The position numbers and the translations under genes were made by a program. Positions 51,466 to 63,063 of a DNA stretch of 64,000 nucleotides are shown here, piece after piece; the first letter of the stretch is position 1; each line of letters begins with the position of its first letter. The notes beneath the pieces are model-generated. The model saw only the letters and a list, made by a program, of their open reading frames with translations. It had not been told where the DNA came from and did not search any database. Location: contig NC_087437.1 of NCBI RefSeq assembly GCF_036321535.1, positions 57,166,001 through 57,230,000 of the forward strand, in the 5' to 3' direction. This DNA comes from Camelus dromedarius (lineage: Eukaryota).

Positions 51466-52149
51466 CGTGCCTTGCTCCTTTATTTCAAACTTGTCTGCAT
51501 AAACAGAATGTTTTGTCTGCGTATATAAATGCTAAGCACAGCACCATGAAGTTTCCTTTGACAGAGAAGGAGAAATAGAAACATGAATATGTTATCCCCA
51601 ACCCTCACCCCCTCTCCGAGAAGTGGGCATAATTTATAGACATGGATTTTTATTGCATTTTAGGAAAACTATCATTTTTCTTTCAGTAAAAGAAAAAGAT
51701 ATAGGCTCATGTAATAGCCTTTTGAAGTCTTGATTTATCTGTAATCAGGGCTGAGCAATCTGGTATTTTCTTCTAGCAAATGCTTCATCGAGCAGTCATG
51801 CTCAAGTCCCAGCAAACCCCAGTGTGTGTCTTAGGTGCCATCTTAATTTGCCAACCTGCCTTGAAGCCTGAACCCTTTTTCTCTTTTCCTTTTTAGTTGC
51901 TGTCCTGCTGAGATCCTACTTGTACATTCTAGAGGAGAATTTCTCATTTTGATGGAATAATTCTGCTCCTATGTGTGGCTGACACTGTAAACCTTTCAAA
52001 ATGTAACCAGTCAGTCTTTGGGGACTGACAAAAGCAGTAGAGGGGCTGATGAGTAAAAACCATGGCTTTGCTGTCTTTCTATGGTAAAGAGAGCCTGTCT
52101 ACTACCTTTCCATGGTAAAGACAGCAGCAGTGTGCTCTCCTCAACCTTG

Positions 52150-52340
52150 AGCTGGAATCTGAAGATGTGAATTCAGGTACTGGCTTTGCAACCCTCCTCC
52201 TTATTGACCTTTGGTAAGTTACATGCTTTCTCAGCCTCAGTTGCCTTAGTCACAGAGGGAAAAATACATGCCTGACTTGTTTGGGGTTATTTTGAAAATG
52301 AAATGAATGTGCTTTGTGAGTTATAAAGAGCAATATAAAG
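52150..52340 (+). mobile_element. MIR SINE
   Basis: ctggaatctgaagatgtgaattc...tgacctttggtaagttac...ctcagcctcagtt...gtgctttgtgagttataaag. Confidence 0.7.
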
Positions 52341-55300
52341 GACTACCAAGAGTAATAACCCAATCAGTTTTAAGTGTACATAAATGCATAAGCAGCAGCA
52401 GCAGCCCTTTTTCCAGAGAAGACTGACGAGCAGGTAGGCTCCAAGCAGCAGGTTAACCAAAGACTGAAGGTGAGAATTCAACAGGCCACGATCCCCATTA
52501 GACTCATTCATTCCCTGCTGTTGCTGGAGCCAGACTGTTTCTCTACAAAATTACTGCCAGTAGAACCCAATGAACATATTGTTGTAATTTCTTCACATTT
52601 TCTCAGAAACAAGTGGAGAGCCTTTTTCTCCCTTTCCCAAGAATATCTTAATGTTTAAAATGCACTCGCCTTCATCACATCTTGTTTTAACTCGCATCAT
52701 AGCCAGCATTCAAATCTCTTGACTAATCTGTTGATGAATTTCACCTCTGTGTTTGCTCTGAGGAAAATTTCTAGCATCTGTCACATCTTTATTTACTTAT
52801 TCACCCATGGGAAGAAGACATTTTTGACATCTATCGCCTTAATCTGAGACAGCTGTTAAATTAGAGCAGGACAACTATAGAACTATTTTAAGAAACACAC
52901 ATTTTAAAAAATCTATAATGATCAGACTTATTTATATATTCTTTCTTAAAAGATAGCTTATTGTTTACAAACAAACAGACAAGCAAAAACTACTTGAAAG
53001 GATTTGTTTAAAACAATCCAGTTGGCCAAGTGAGAGGCCTTGAGACTAGGACAAATGGAAAGTGGGCTAGAGGGGGAACAAGATTGCTCAGTAGTGGATA
53101 ACTGATGAAGCTGGATTTTCTGTCTAGTTTTGTACGTTTGAAATTTTCATAATGGGTGTTGAAGAAATCCATTTTATAAAAATTAAAAGTATCCATAAAA
53201 ATACATTGATATTATTAGGGGGTCTAAACACTTGATCTTAAGGATGCCTGTGCCTGTTTATCAACATAGAAATACTTTTAGCGGCTTTAAATTGCATTCA
53301 GATGGAAGAACCATTTAATTTTTGATAGATTTAATAAATGATAAAGATCTCTATACAATTAAAAACTTAAAAGATTGGCAACAAGTCCTCCATCTAGATA
53401 TTTCAGCTCAGAAATCACCTTGGTCTGTGACCGACTTTTATCCTGGTATCTGGATGTGAGTATAATTTTCCTCTTCTAAAGCCCACTTTCATGAGGATTA
53501 TTACATGCTATTTGGAGCCTTTGATGCTCAAAAGTATCATATAATTTAAGCTACTAATGATCAAGATGCCTTGGGATTGGTTTCTGGGCTTAGAATTTAA
53601 TAGCTTCTTATCTTTATTTTAAGACTACATTTCTTTTTGCATGAGTGGTAAAAAGAGTTCTAAAAACATATATTTAACTGGCTGAAATCTCTTTATTAAA
53701 GAATATGCTGGGAATTTTGACAGGGGTTATTTTCATAGTCTCTCTTCCGGAGTCACATTGATCCATCTTTTTCTATGTCCTTCCCTCTAACTTTCACATC
53801 AATTCTTCTGCAAGATGTTTGATGACAATCAACTGCTCTACATGAGCTGCAATAAATTCTCAAATAAAAGAATAAGCAGAATTGGAAGTATCACTCTTCA
53901 GGATAAATATGAAATGTCAGCACTTAATAATCTTGACAGGGTACATAAAATGTCTTGGGAGACAGTGTCCCCAGGAGGAAATCTCAATTTGATTATCATG
54001 TAAGGTACTAGACAAGGTTATAGCCAGGTATTTTATAGAACCATATCACTGAAATACTGACCACCACAAAGAGACATAGATTAAACATTATCAAATTGGT
54101 CTTAATATCAACTCTTTTGCCTGAAGTTTTATTCAGAAATAAAACATTTTTAACAGTCTAAAGTTTATAATAAAAGATTTCATTTTATGTGAGAAATCTC
54201 ACAGGATTATCTTCTTCCTTTTCACACAAAAAGGCATAATAACCAAACTATATTGTGGCAGGCAGGTGATGGTCTGTTACGATGTTAATTTTTGAAATTT
54301 AATGAGAATTAAAATTATTCAGATTACTTGAGGCTGAGTCACCACATAATTCTAATGGTTTTTATACATTGTAAGTTGATGATTTGCATCATAAAGATCA
54401 AACACAACATTTAACACCTCAAAGAATCTGTACCTACCGGGAGCAGATGGTCAAGAAATGACTTACCCCACCTATAGAAGCTGATTCTGGGGCTGAAGTC
54501 AGGGCGTGCCTAGTGTCCAAAGAATATAAGTCTTAGTCAAAATTCTGAGAATGTTTAGCTCAAAGGCTTGCCAGCAAGCGGCTTTCCATTAGGAGGACTC
54601 TGTGGCAACTGGGAATATGTTATTACTGGAGATTCAGAATAAGTTGATGCTCTTAAAAGGAAAGATATGTACCTGAGTTGCCAACCTACCATATTTAGGT
54701 AAAAAGACAAACTATCCTGGGACAAAAATGAAGAAAAGAAGAGTGAAGGAACTCTTGCTATGAAGCCAGTGTTCTGGACGTTCATGGGACTCGGTTACGT
54801 ATTGATTCGTTCATCCATTTATCAATGCAGAATGTAAACTAAATTTAAGGAGGAGGTGAAATTTCTGGTTCTGATTACATTTGGGTCAAACATAGAAGGA
54901 AAAGGCCAGGGCTATAAATCAGAAAGGAAAGAAGAAAAAAAAATGAGGGGGAGGATGGGAGAAAGAAAGAAAGATTTTAAAAATGTAAATCTTTAGTGTA
55001 GTAAAGAAAGTACTGAAAGTAAAAGAAAAATTACCCTTGTCTTACATAGGTGGTTATACCCAGATTTTGTTATTTAATTCCTCAACAGAAATCTAGCAAT
55101 CACATCATCTGTTAATTTAATTTATGAACTGCCTTTAGAGCTTACAGAAGATGCAGCCCCACCATGCTACAAGCTACAAAGATGTTGTCAAGCTACTTTA
55201 CTGCCCTGGCTTTTAAAAAATTTTAATGGAGTTTCCATAATTAACTCATAATGTAGTAACTATTTTAAATAAATTGTACTAATCTACATTAATTACAGTC

Positions 55301-56674
55301 TTCTAGTTCCTGCAAATCTATTAATTGGACAGAAAAGTATAGATTGTCTTACGTGGCCTTAGGGGACAGAACTAGCTGCAGCAGAATTTGGTTTAATCTG
55401 TGAATAGCTTTCTAAGACTTTAGTTGCCTGACACATTAATGTGCTACCTTGAAGCTGTGAGATGGGTGCCATTAGAGTTATTTATATAGACTGAAAAATT
55501 ACTTCGTAGAATATGCTGTAGGCTTTGTACAGTAGGTACAAGAAGTACCTTTCCTCTAAGCTCTTATCAATAATTTCATGGTTGTGTAACAGTAGGGAAA
55601 ATACCCCAAATCAACCACAATGATAATGTAAAATTTAGCACTTTTCCCTCCATGTCTTACCAGTTTATAACACAGCATGTTAATGCAATAAGTAGCACTG
55701 GGTCCTTTAATATTAAGCTTTCACCAATACAACCCAGTTTTGTTTCGATTTTGAAGATTTAAGGACCTCAAAGAGGACTAAAGATACTTGATATTAATTG
55801 GAAGGCTGGTCATGATCTAAGAATTTCTCATGCCTAAATAAAAGTTAAAAATCCCACTCATTCTGTTTTGCCTTCTAAGAAGCTATTTGGTACCTGAGAA
55901 TTTATATTTACAAATGACACATATGACAAACCAATCTCCATACTTTATGCAAACTAGGTGCACTTATTACAAAAACTGAATCCACTGGTGAGTGCCCACG
56001 AAGAAAACATGTACAATTATATACTGTGTCTTTAAACCAGGACCCAAGTCTCAGAATTGTCCTTGACTCCAAAACTGTCTGAGTGAAAAGGATCAATATT
56101 CAATTTCACAAAGATAATGCAATACCTTGGGGAAAAAAAAAAAAAAACATGTTTATCAGAAACTTTCCAAAGTAAAAGATTTTGCGATACTGAATCAAAC
56201 CTTGAAAATCAAAGCAGCTAGAAAGATTTTTAGAGACAGCTGCTGGATTAAAGACAACTTAACTGAGACAGCTGATCACCCGGAATGTTGCCAGGTCATT
56301 TTGGGTTCTCTAGTCTCTCCCATAATGCTGGAGGCACTAAATATCCAGCTGCAAAATGCTGACAGCCAGCCCACAAATGAATTGCCTCTTGAAATGAAAC
56401 ATTGGGCTATTCCTTATTATAAAGCCAAATTCCTCTTTCTGCGATTCCAAATATAAAATTAAAGAAAGGACAATAATTTGGCTGACATTTTAAAATAACT
56501 TCAAAGCTTTTCAAATAAAATTGGACATCTTTATGGTAATGTCAAATAAATGGTATGATGTAGGAGATAATGCTTTTAAATAATTTTCAGATTTAAAGGG
56601 ATGGGAAGATGTGTGCAGCAATCTTCTTCGGTCAAGATTTACAGCAAGAAACCACAGTTTAAAAATCAGCCACA

Positions 56675-57135
56675 GAATCTAGAACTTCAGGTTTAGAGAA
56701 GACTTAAGAGATTGGTTGGTCCGATGTTCCATCTAGTGCCACCTTCACCACACAAACCTGATGACAAATTTCAACCTGCAATAATGTTTTATAAGCCCCA
56801 AAGCCGCAGTTCAGACTTTATAAATCTTTTATTTTTATGCAGCTTTAATCAAATATATCTTTCTTGAACTTTTATCCATTGTTTATAACTTCAGAATTAA
56901 ACCCCCCATGTATTAAATCCAATACCTCTCCTACAGTAGCCTTTCTAGTTTTCTTTTCTCAGTGCTAGGAATCCTCAGTCTGTTCAGCTTATCATCATGG
57001 ACGTTGTACTTTTGTTTGCCTCTCATCACCCTGGTGGATTTCTGGCTTGCTAGCATCCACCTGAAGGCTAGCCACAGTTTAACAAAACTCTCTGACCAGT
57101 TCAGAGTAGAGTATGTTTTAGTCCCGGTATTCTAG
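56675..57135 (-). mobile_element. L3/CR1 LINE 3' fragment
   Basis: tagaacttcaggtttagagaagacttaagagat...ttttcttttctcagtgctagg...ctctcatcaccctggt...tctgaccagttcagagtagag resembles the CR1 3' consensus. Confidence 0.7.
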
Positions 57136-57199
57136 ATTTCAGAGTTCTGTGGAAGTGGTCACATTCCACTTGAAACAGAGACAATAAATGGATTCAAAC

Positions 57200-57590
57200 A
57201 AATCCTGTTACTGTTCACTTCTTGCCACATAGCTAAGCTACATTTCTCAGACTCCTCTGCAGTTGGGCAGACACACATGACAGATCTGGCCAATGGAATA
57301 TATATACAGGTCATATATTTCCTTCTAGATTTGGCCTACAACTACTAAAACTATTCTCATGGGATTCTCCATGCTCTTTCTCTGTTTCTCTTCCATCCCT
57401 TGTCTCTTGCTTTAAGGGAGAGCATCAGGGCACTCAGAGGCCCAATGGGATGGCAAAGATATAAAATGGAATGAATCTAAATCCCTGAATAAAGTTATGC
57501 AGAAGAGAATCCCTAACTTCCTACCTACCCTCATTAGACTATGAAGAGAGTGAGAAGTACACTTTTATTGTTTTAAGCCACTGAGGGGTA
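57200..57590 (+). mobile_element. MaLR LTR (MLT1H-like)
   Basis: agctacatttctcagactcctctgcagttggg...ctggccaatggaat...ttattgttttaagccactgag. Confidence 0.85.
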
Positions 57591-58183
57591 TGCTTATGAA
57601 ATCTGGGCTCAGGCAGTTTCAGTACAGAGCCCACAGGTTGATATATCAACTAGGAAATAATCATGACAGTGCTCCAAGTGATGCATTACTTGACGAGCTT
57701 TATTTCTTCACCTCTACTTGTTGAATCTCTCAAGAGATAAGAGTAAATAAATTACGCCTTAATCCCAAATGTTAAAAGAGCAGTATCATCAACATTTTGG
57801 GTGTCATGACACACTTTCTAATACTAGAATTTGTGGCAGCACCCACTTGAAGGTGTTAAAGACCCAAGTCAGCACCAAACAAGTCAGCAGTTATCATGAT
57901 ACAATCACTATGAAAAATAACATTGTCTCTCAGTGTCTATAAAAGCTGTTCCCAGCACCACACAATTTATGTATCTGCCTTCCCATATTGTGCCTCTGTT
58001 TGAATAACACTCCTTATTATTCTCAAGCTCCCCTTAAAAGTCTTCACATCTTTCAGTAATCTGATCTTTCTTTACTGCCAGAGTCCCAGCATCACTTGTG
58101 TTGTTGCTTCTTACTCGTTGGATATAAGACACCGTGTGTGATAGAGCCTGCTAAGATCAATGTTCTGTATGACAGATATTGTT

Positions 58184-58680
58184 TTTTTTTAACATTTTTA
58201 TTGATTTATAATCATTGTACAATGCTGTGTCAAATTCCAGTGTAAAGCACAATTTTTCAGTTATACGTGAACATATATATATTCATTGTCACATTTTTTT
58301 CTCTGTGAGCTACCATAAGATCTTGTGTATATTTCCCTGTGCTTTACAGTATAATCTTGTTTATCTATTCTACAATTCTGAAATCCTCCACCTTCCATTC
58401 CTCCACCCCCTTGGCAACCACAAGTTTGTATTCTATGTCTATGAGTCTATTTCTGTTTTGTATTTATACTTTGTTTGTGTTTTTTTGTTTGTTTGTTTTG
58501 TTTTTTAGATTCCACATATGAGGGATCTCATATGGTATTTTTCTTTCTCTTTCTGGCTTACTTCACTTAGAATGACACTCTCCAGGAGCACCCATGTTGC
58601 TGCAAATGGCGTTATGTTGTCGGTTTTTATGGTTGAGTAGTATTCCATTGTATAAATATACCACATCTTCTTTATCCAGT
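58184..58680 (-). mobile_element. Young camelid-type LINE-1 3' end with TSD
   Basis: Very similar to the 5513 copy. TSD tgtatgacagat(a/g)ttgtt at 58166-58183 and 58680-58697. Confidence 0.97.
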
Positions 58681-59299
58681 GTATGACAGATGTTGTTAGT
58701 TATATTAGGTTGCAAAAATAAATTTTGCAAATTGATCAAAATTTTACAGAACACTTGAGAAGAGTTTGCTGTATAGTAAGTTACCACAGCATAGTTGATA
58801 AGAACGAACTGAACTGTTGGATATCTTTTCCTGGGTGATTTTTATTAAGAATAAAAAAAAATTTATATTTTCTGTCTCTTTGTTGAATAAATTCTTTTTG
58901 CACTATATCTGTAGTCATCTGGAGTAGACCCTGTCTGAATATAATCAATATGATGAATTTTGGCAATTACATATATGTATGTTTGTGTAGGTTTTACGTA
59001 TGTAAGCACATATATGTTACTGAGAGGACCAGTAGAGTGCTAGAACATTGTAATTACTTTGTAAAAAATTATTACAACTAACTTCAATGTCACTTGGATA
59101 AATTTACAGTCTGCCACACTCTCTCCTAGGAATGAAACAGTTAATTTCAGCTGGCAACCAGTTCAGCCAGCCGCTGTATCTCATCTACCCCATTAGTAAT
59201 ACCTCACGTGATCCAGCAAGCTCAAGAATCACTCCAGCTGTCTCACATCCTGGAAATGTGTTTGACCTATTCAGGCAATTGTCTTGACTTTGATGGATT

Positions 59300-59780
59300 G
59301 ATACTAAAATTAAGGTCCTCAAAGATCTCCAGTATTACATCACTCTACACTTGGCCACATCCCCATCATGCATCTCTTTCCACCACTTGAATACTCATGC
59401 CCAAACCACATCGAACTGCTCACTCCTCTCTTTGGGCTATCTCCTTTCACCTCCATGCCTTGGCATCTACTGATGTCTACTTATAATGCCTTCGCCCATA
59501 CTGCTTTATACAATTCTGTTGATTTTCCAGTGCCAGTAGAAATGTCTTCTCTTTTTCAATTCTTATTTCTTCCACCCGTTAGAAATAATTCTTTTTGCCC
59601 TCGATTCCTTTGTTGTATAGCTCTTGTAGCAGGACTAACAGTAGTGTTTCATGTGCTGGGTTATCATTCTTACTGGATGGTAACCTACAAAGGAGCAGGA
59701 ATCACATTTCATTCTTGTTATATGGCCCAAAGGAGTTGTATATAAATGTACTCAATACATGGATAATGAAGCAAGTGTAT
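59300..59780 (+). mobile_element. L2 3' fragment
   Basis: ctttcacctccatgccttggca...aaggagcaggaatcac...gtactcaatacat...taatgaa. Confidence 0.7.
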
Positions 59781-60169
59781 GCCTAGACAATTGTGAATGT
59801 GTCAGAATGTGTTCCTGGAGAAATTTTCAAATTGCATGTTAGAATTATTTTAAAATTTCAAGAAGAAAAAAAATAATAATAAGCCTAAACTGATTTTTAA
59901 AAATGATTTGGATGATTTAGAAGGACTGAAAAAATTTATTTTGACAGCAAATTTCTTTCTTAAAAAAAAGATGCATAGATATCTATGTCAGTGATCAATA
60001 AGATCTCAATCTTGAATTCCAAAAATATCAGAAAAAAGTGTTTAAGCTAAAATGGTAGAAACTGTAAAATACTCTAACTGTAACACTTTTCTGTGGATGT
60101 TCATATGGGTTATTTTCTTCCCTTCTGGTTTCTACCCAGACTTCACCTGTAAAAAATGGTAACTTCTCC

Positions 60170-60410
60170 CTACACTTCCTAAATCCCAGATTCTGCTTTC
60201 TTTATCTCCATTGCATTGATTATCACCACATTACATACACATTTACTTATAGATTTGATATTATTTGTCACTGTTTATTAGAATGGACATTCTCTTGAGG
60301 AAAGAGAATATGTCATCTTCATCATTTCTGTATTCACATTATCCTGAAAAGCACCTGAAACTTAGTAGCACTCAGCGTGTGTGTATATATATAATGACTT
60401 GTTGGATAAA
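60170..60410 (+). mobile_element. L2 3' end fragment
   Basis: ttagaatgg...cttgaggaaagagaatatgtc...gcacctgaaacttagtagcactca. Confidence 0.65.
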
Positions 60411-60514
60411 TTTAATACTCAGGCACAGAAATCAACCTAAATAATCATTGAAAGCATAGAAAAGGTTCATCAGGTGACTTTAAGAAGAAATATATTGCTT
60501 AGCATAGACATTTA

Positions 60515-60690
60515 TAAATGTTGTGCCTTTAGACATATTACTTAGCTTTTTGAGTTTTAACTTCCCCATTTGATTTCTCAAAATCAGAAGCCCTCCTTTA
60601 AGGTTCAGTATTAGAATGAAATGAGATAATATATATAAAGGGCACAGCTCAGGGCCTGCCACATTATAGGAACTTCATAAAATTAGTTCA
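60515..60690 (+). mobile_element. MIR SINE
   Basis: ttccccatttg...agaatgaaatgagataatatatataaagggcacagctcagggcctgccaca. Confidence 0.75.
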
Positions 60691-60949
60691 CACCTCTATT
60701 TTCCCAACTAGGGATTAAGGCAAGTACCTTGGGACAAATACAACCTGGAAACCTAGTACAACTGTTTATTGCTAAATACCAACTATATATATGGTGTGGG
60801 TTTTTTTTTTTTTTTTTTGATGAGAAGAGAGAGAAACAGAGAGAGAGAAAGAATATAAAATGAAAAAGATATGGTATCTTAATCCAAGGACCTTATAAAG
60901 CAGTAAGGTAAAGGACACATAATTTACACTGACTTCAACCAGCCTAAAA

Positions 60950-61180
60950 ATATAGCAGAGTATGGGAGAAAGTATTGGCTTTGGAATCAGAAGACATTAC
61001 TTTGAATCCCAGTTTCATTAATTACCTGTTGGATCATTCTTCTGAGTAATATTTTTTTACTTCTCCGAATGTATTATATCAACTGTACAATTTAATTTTA
61101 ATAATATTGCAGCTGGCAAAGTTGAAAATATTAAATGAAGATGAGTTGTTGGAGAAATTTTACTAAATTGCAAAACTCAT
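60950..61180 (+). mobile_element. MIR SINE (old)
   Basis: agtattggctttggaatcagaagac...ttgaatcccagtt...ttaaatgaagatga. Confidence 0.7.
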
Positions 61181-61554
61181 AAATAAGATTCAGTATATTT
61201 ACAAGAAACACTAGGTATCCTTTTCATGGCACTCTCGTTGCGTTTCCTGCACTATGTATGAACACTTATATGATTACACATTTGTATAATTCTCATCAGT
61301 GAAGCAAGCGTTCCTTGAGGGCAGAAATTGTTTTACTCATTTTAACTTTATGATGCCTATTTAATAAATACATGTTAAAAGAAGGAATAAAAATGTAAGA
61401 AAATGAATAAATAATTTTAATAAAGGTATAAGCATGATGGAGGGAATAATAAACGTCAACTTGTATAGGGGCTAGAAATAGGGAAGATTTCTCAGGGGTG
61501 GCCTATTTGAATTGAGTCTTGGAAATAGGCAAAGGATAAAAGGACATTACTGTC

Positions 61555-61715
61555 GCAGTCTAGGTTCTGCAGCTGGGCTTAAAGGATAGGATTCCAGGGA
61601 CTCGTAAACTAATTATATAATTTTATGTGTTTATGCATTTGTTTCCAAGGTCGAGACCTTACTTTTCTTCATACTCTCAAAGATGTCAGTGTCACAATAA
61701 AAAGACCGACTGCAG
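61555..61715. mobile_element. hAT-Charlie MITE remnant
   Basis: tgcatttgtttccaagg...ttttcttcatactctcaaagatgtcagtgtcacaa...ccgactg resembles old Charlie-derived MITE ends. Family not resolved. Confidence 0.5.
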
Positions 61716-62134
61716 CTGAGAAAAGAAGATGAGCAGAAACAAAAAGTAGGACAATCAGAGCATAATTAGGGAGTAAAAATGTGTATATTATAACCAGATT
61801 TTGCTCACTATTCCATACTTTAAATTCTAAAAATTCTAGAGTTTAATTTTTCTTCTGAAAATTAAGCAATAGAATTTTCTTATGCTTCCAAACTCAGTAC
61901 AAACTAGCTTTTATAAATGCCAATGCCTGATCTGTTATTAAATACAGGCTAAGTTCAGTCCAGAGGGAAGCAGGATAAAAACCCAGTCATTCATTCAAAA
62001 CCGTCCATTTATTGATTCACAGCAACTCTTTGAAGTTTTCTTGATTCTCTGATTCTCACTTATTCTTAAGCAGTAGGATTTTCATCTTTGATTGTTTCCA
62101 GCTGAGTCCTGGCTTCCTTTCCTGTATTAGAGAA

Positions 62135-62155
62135 CAGCTGGTTGCCTATGGTAAT
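62135..62155. promoter_or_regulatory. Abutting E-box and RFX X-box-like motif
   Basis: CAGCTG (62135-62140) is immediately followed by GTTGCCTATGGTAAT (62141-62155) in unique sequence. Motif match only. Confidence 0.3.
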
Positions 62156-62744
62156 CCCAGCAGTAAATGCCAAACTAAAGATGAGCTATAGAACACCATG
62201 CTTGGAGAATAAGTTAGAGCCTCATTTTAAGAGTCAAAAGTGTTCCTGCAGTTGAAGATGGCAGTGATTACTATGCTAATTGCAATTTAGAATGGCTCTG
62301 CTTTTTATCTGCTTGCTTTGTTTTCCTTAAAGTCAGACACCATTTAGATTTCTCCTTTATGCAATCTATTAAATCACTCAGAAATTATATAATCTACCAC
62401 GAGTCTTATAAAGAGGGCATGCTGTCTGGTGAAAACAAACTCTTTCATCTAAGGGTCTCTCCAGGGAGTGCTCTGCTGAGTCATCCAGGAGGCCCGTTAT
62501 ACTCCTTACGCAAACTTGGGATAGGTACCGGCAGCATCAGAGCTTGCATTTTAGTAATGGCTTCATCATTTAGAAAGTCAAATTCACTTGATTAGCAAAT
62601 TAAGTGGGAAGCTTCACTTTTAGCCTCATATAGGTTCCAATCATACAAACATATCTTACCTAACTTCTTTCTGCTAGGTAAATGAAGATACATTGTAGTA
62701 TAGAGATAGACAAAAGGGAATAAATAATAAATAGTAAGAAACCT

Positions 62745-63063
62745 GCACATTTGTATAGCAATTTGCAGTTTACAGAGTACTTTCACAGAGTGTGGCTTAC
62801 TGGAAAATGGGTAGAATTTGGATTCAGAGAAATCTGTATTTGATTAGAGGATCTGGAGTTTACTAGTGAAGTAGTAAAATTCCTTACTCTGTAAGCTTTG
62901 GTGTTATTGCCTTTATAAAGAGGATCATGCATCTGTCTGTCTCGTCCACTGCTCAGCCTAATAGTGATAATTGACTGGGATTAAATAAGACATGGAAAGT
63001 AAAGCAGTGGCACACTCTGAGTACCCTTCTGAGGTTAAACATCATCATCATCATCATCATCAT
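62745..63063. mobile_element. MIR fragments ending in a (CAT)n microsatellite (63040-63063)
   Basis: cacatttgtatagca...tttacagagtactttcaca (minus), then tttggattcagaga...tttactag...gggattaaataaga (plus). Confidence 0.65.

Noticed and set aside
53815..54003. 62-aa ORF with AG before the ATG and a GT near the end as a coding exon
   Set aside because: No homology recognised, the splice signals are mediocre and there are no compatible partner exons.
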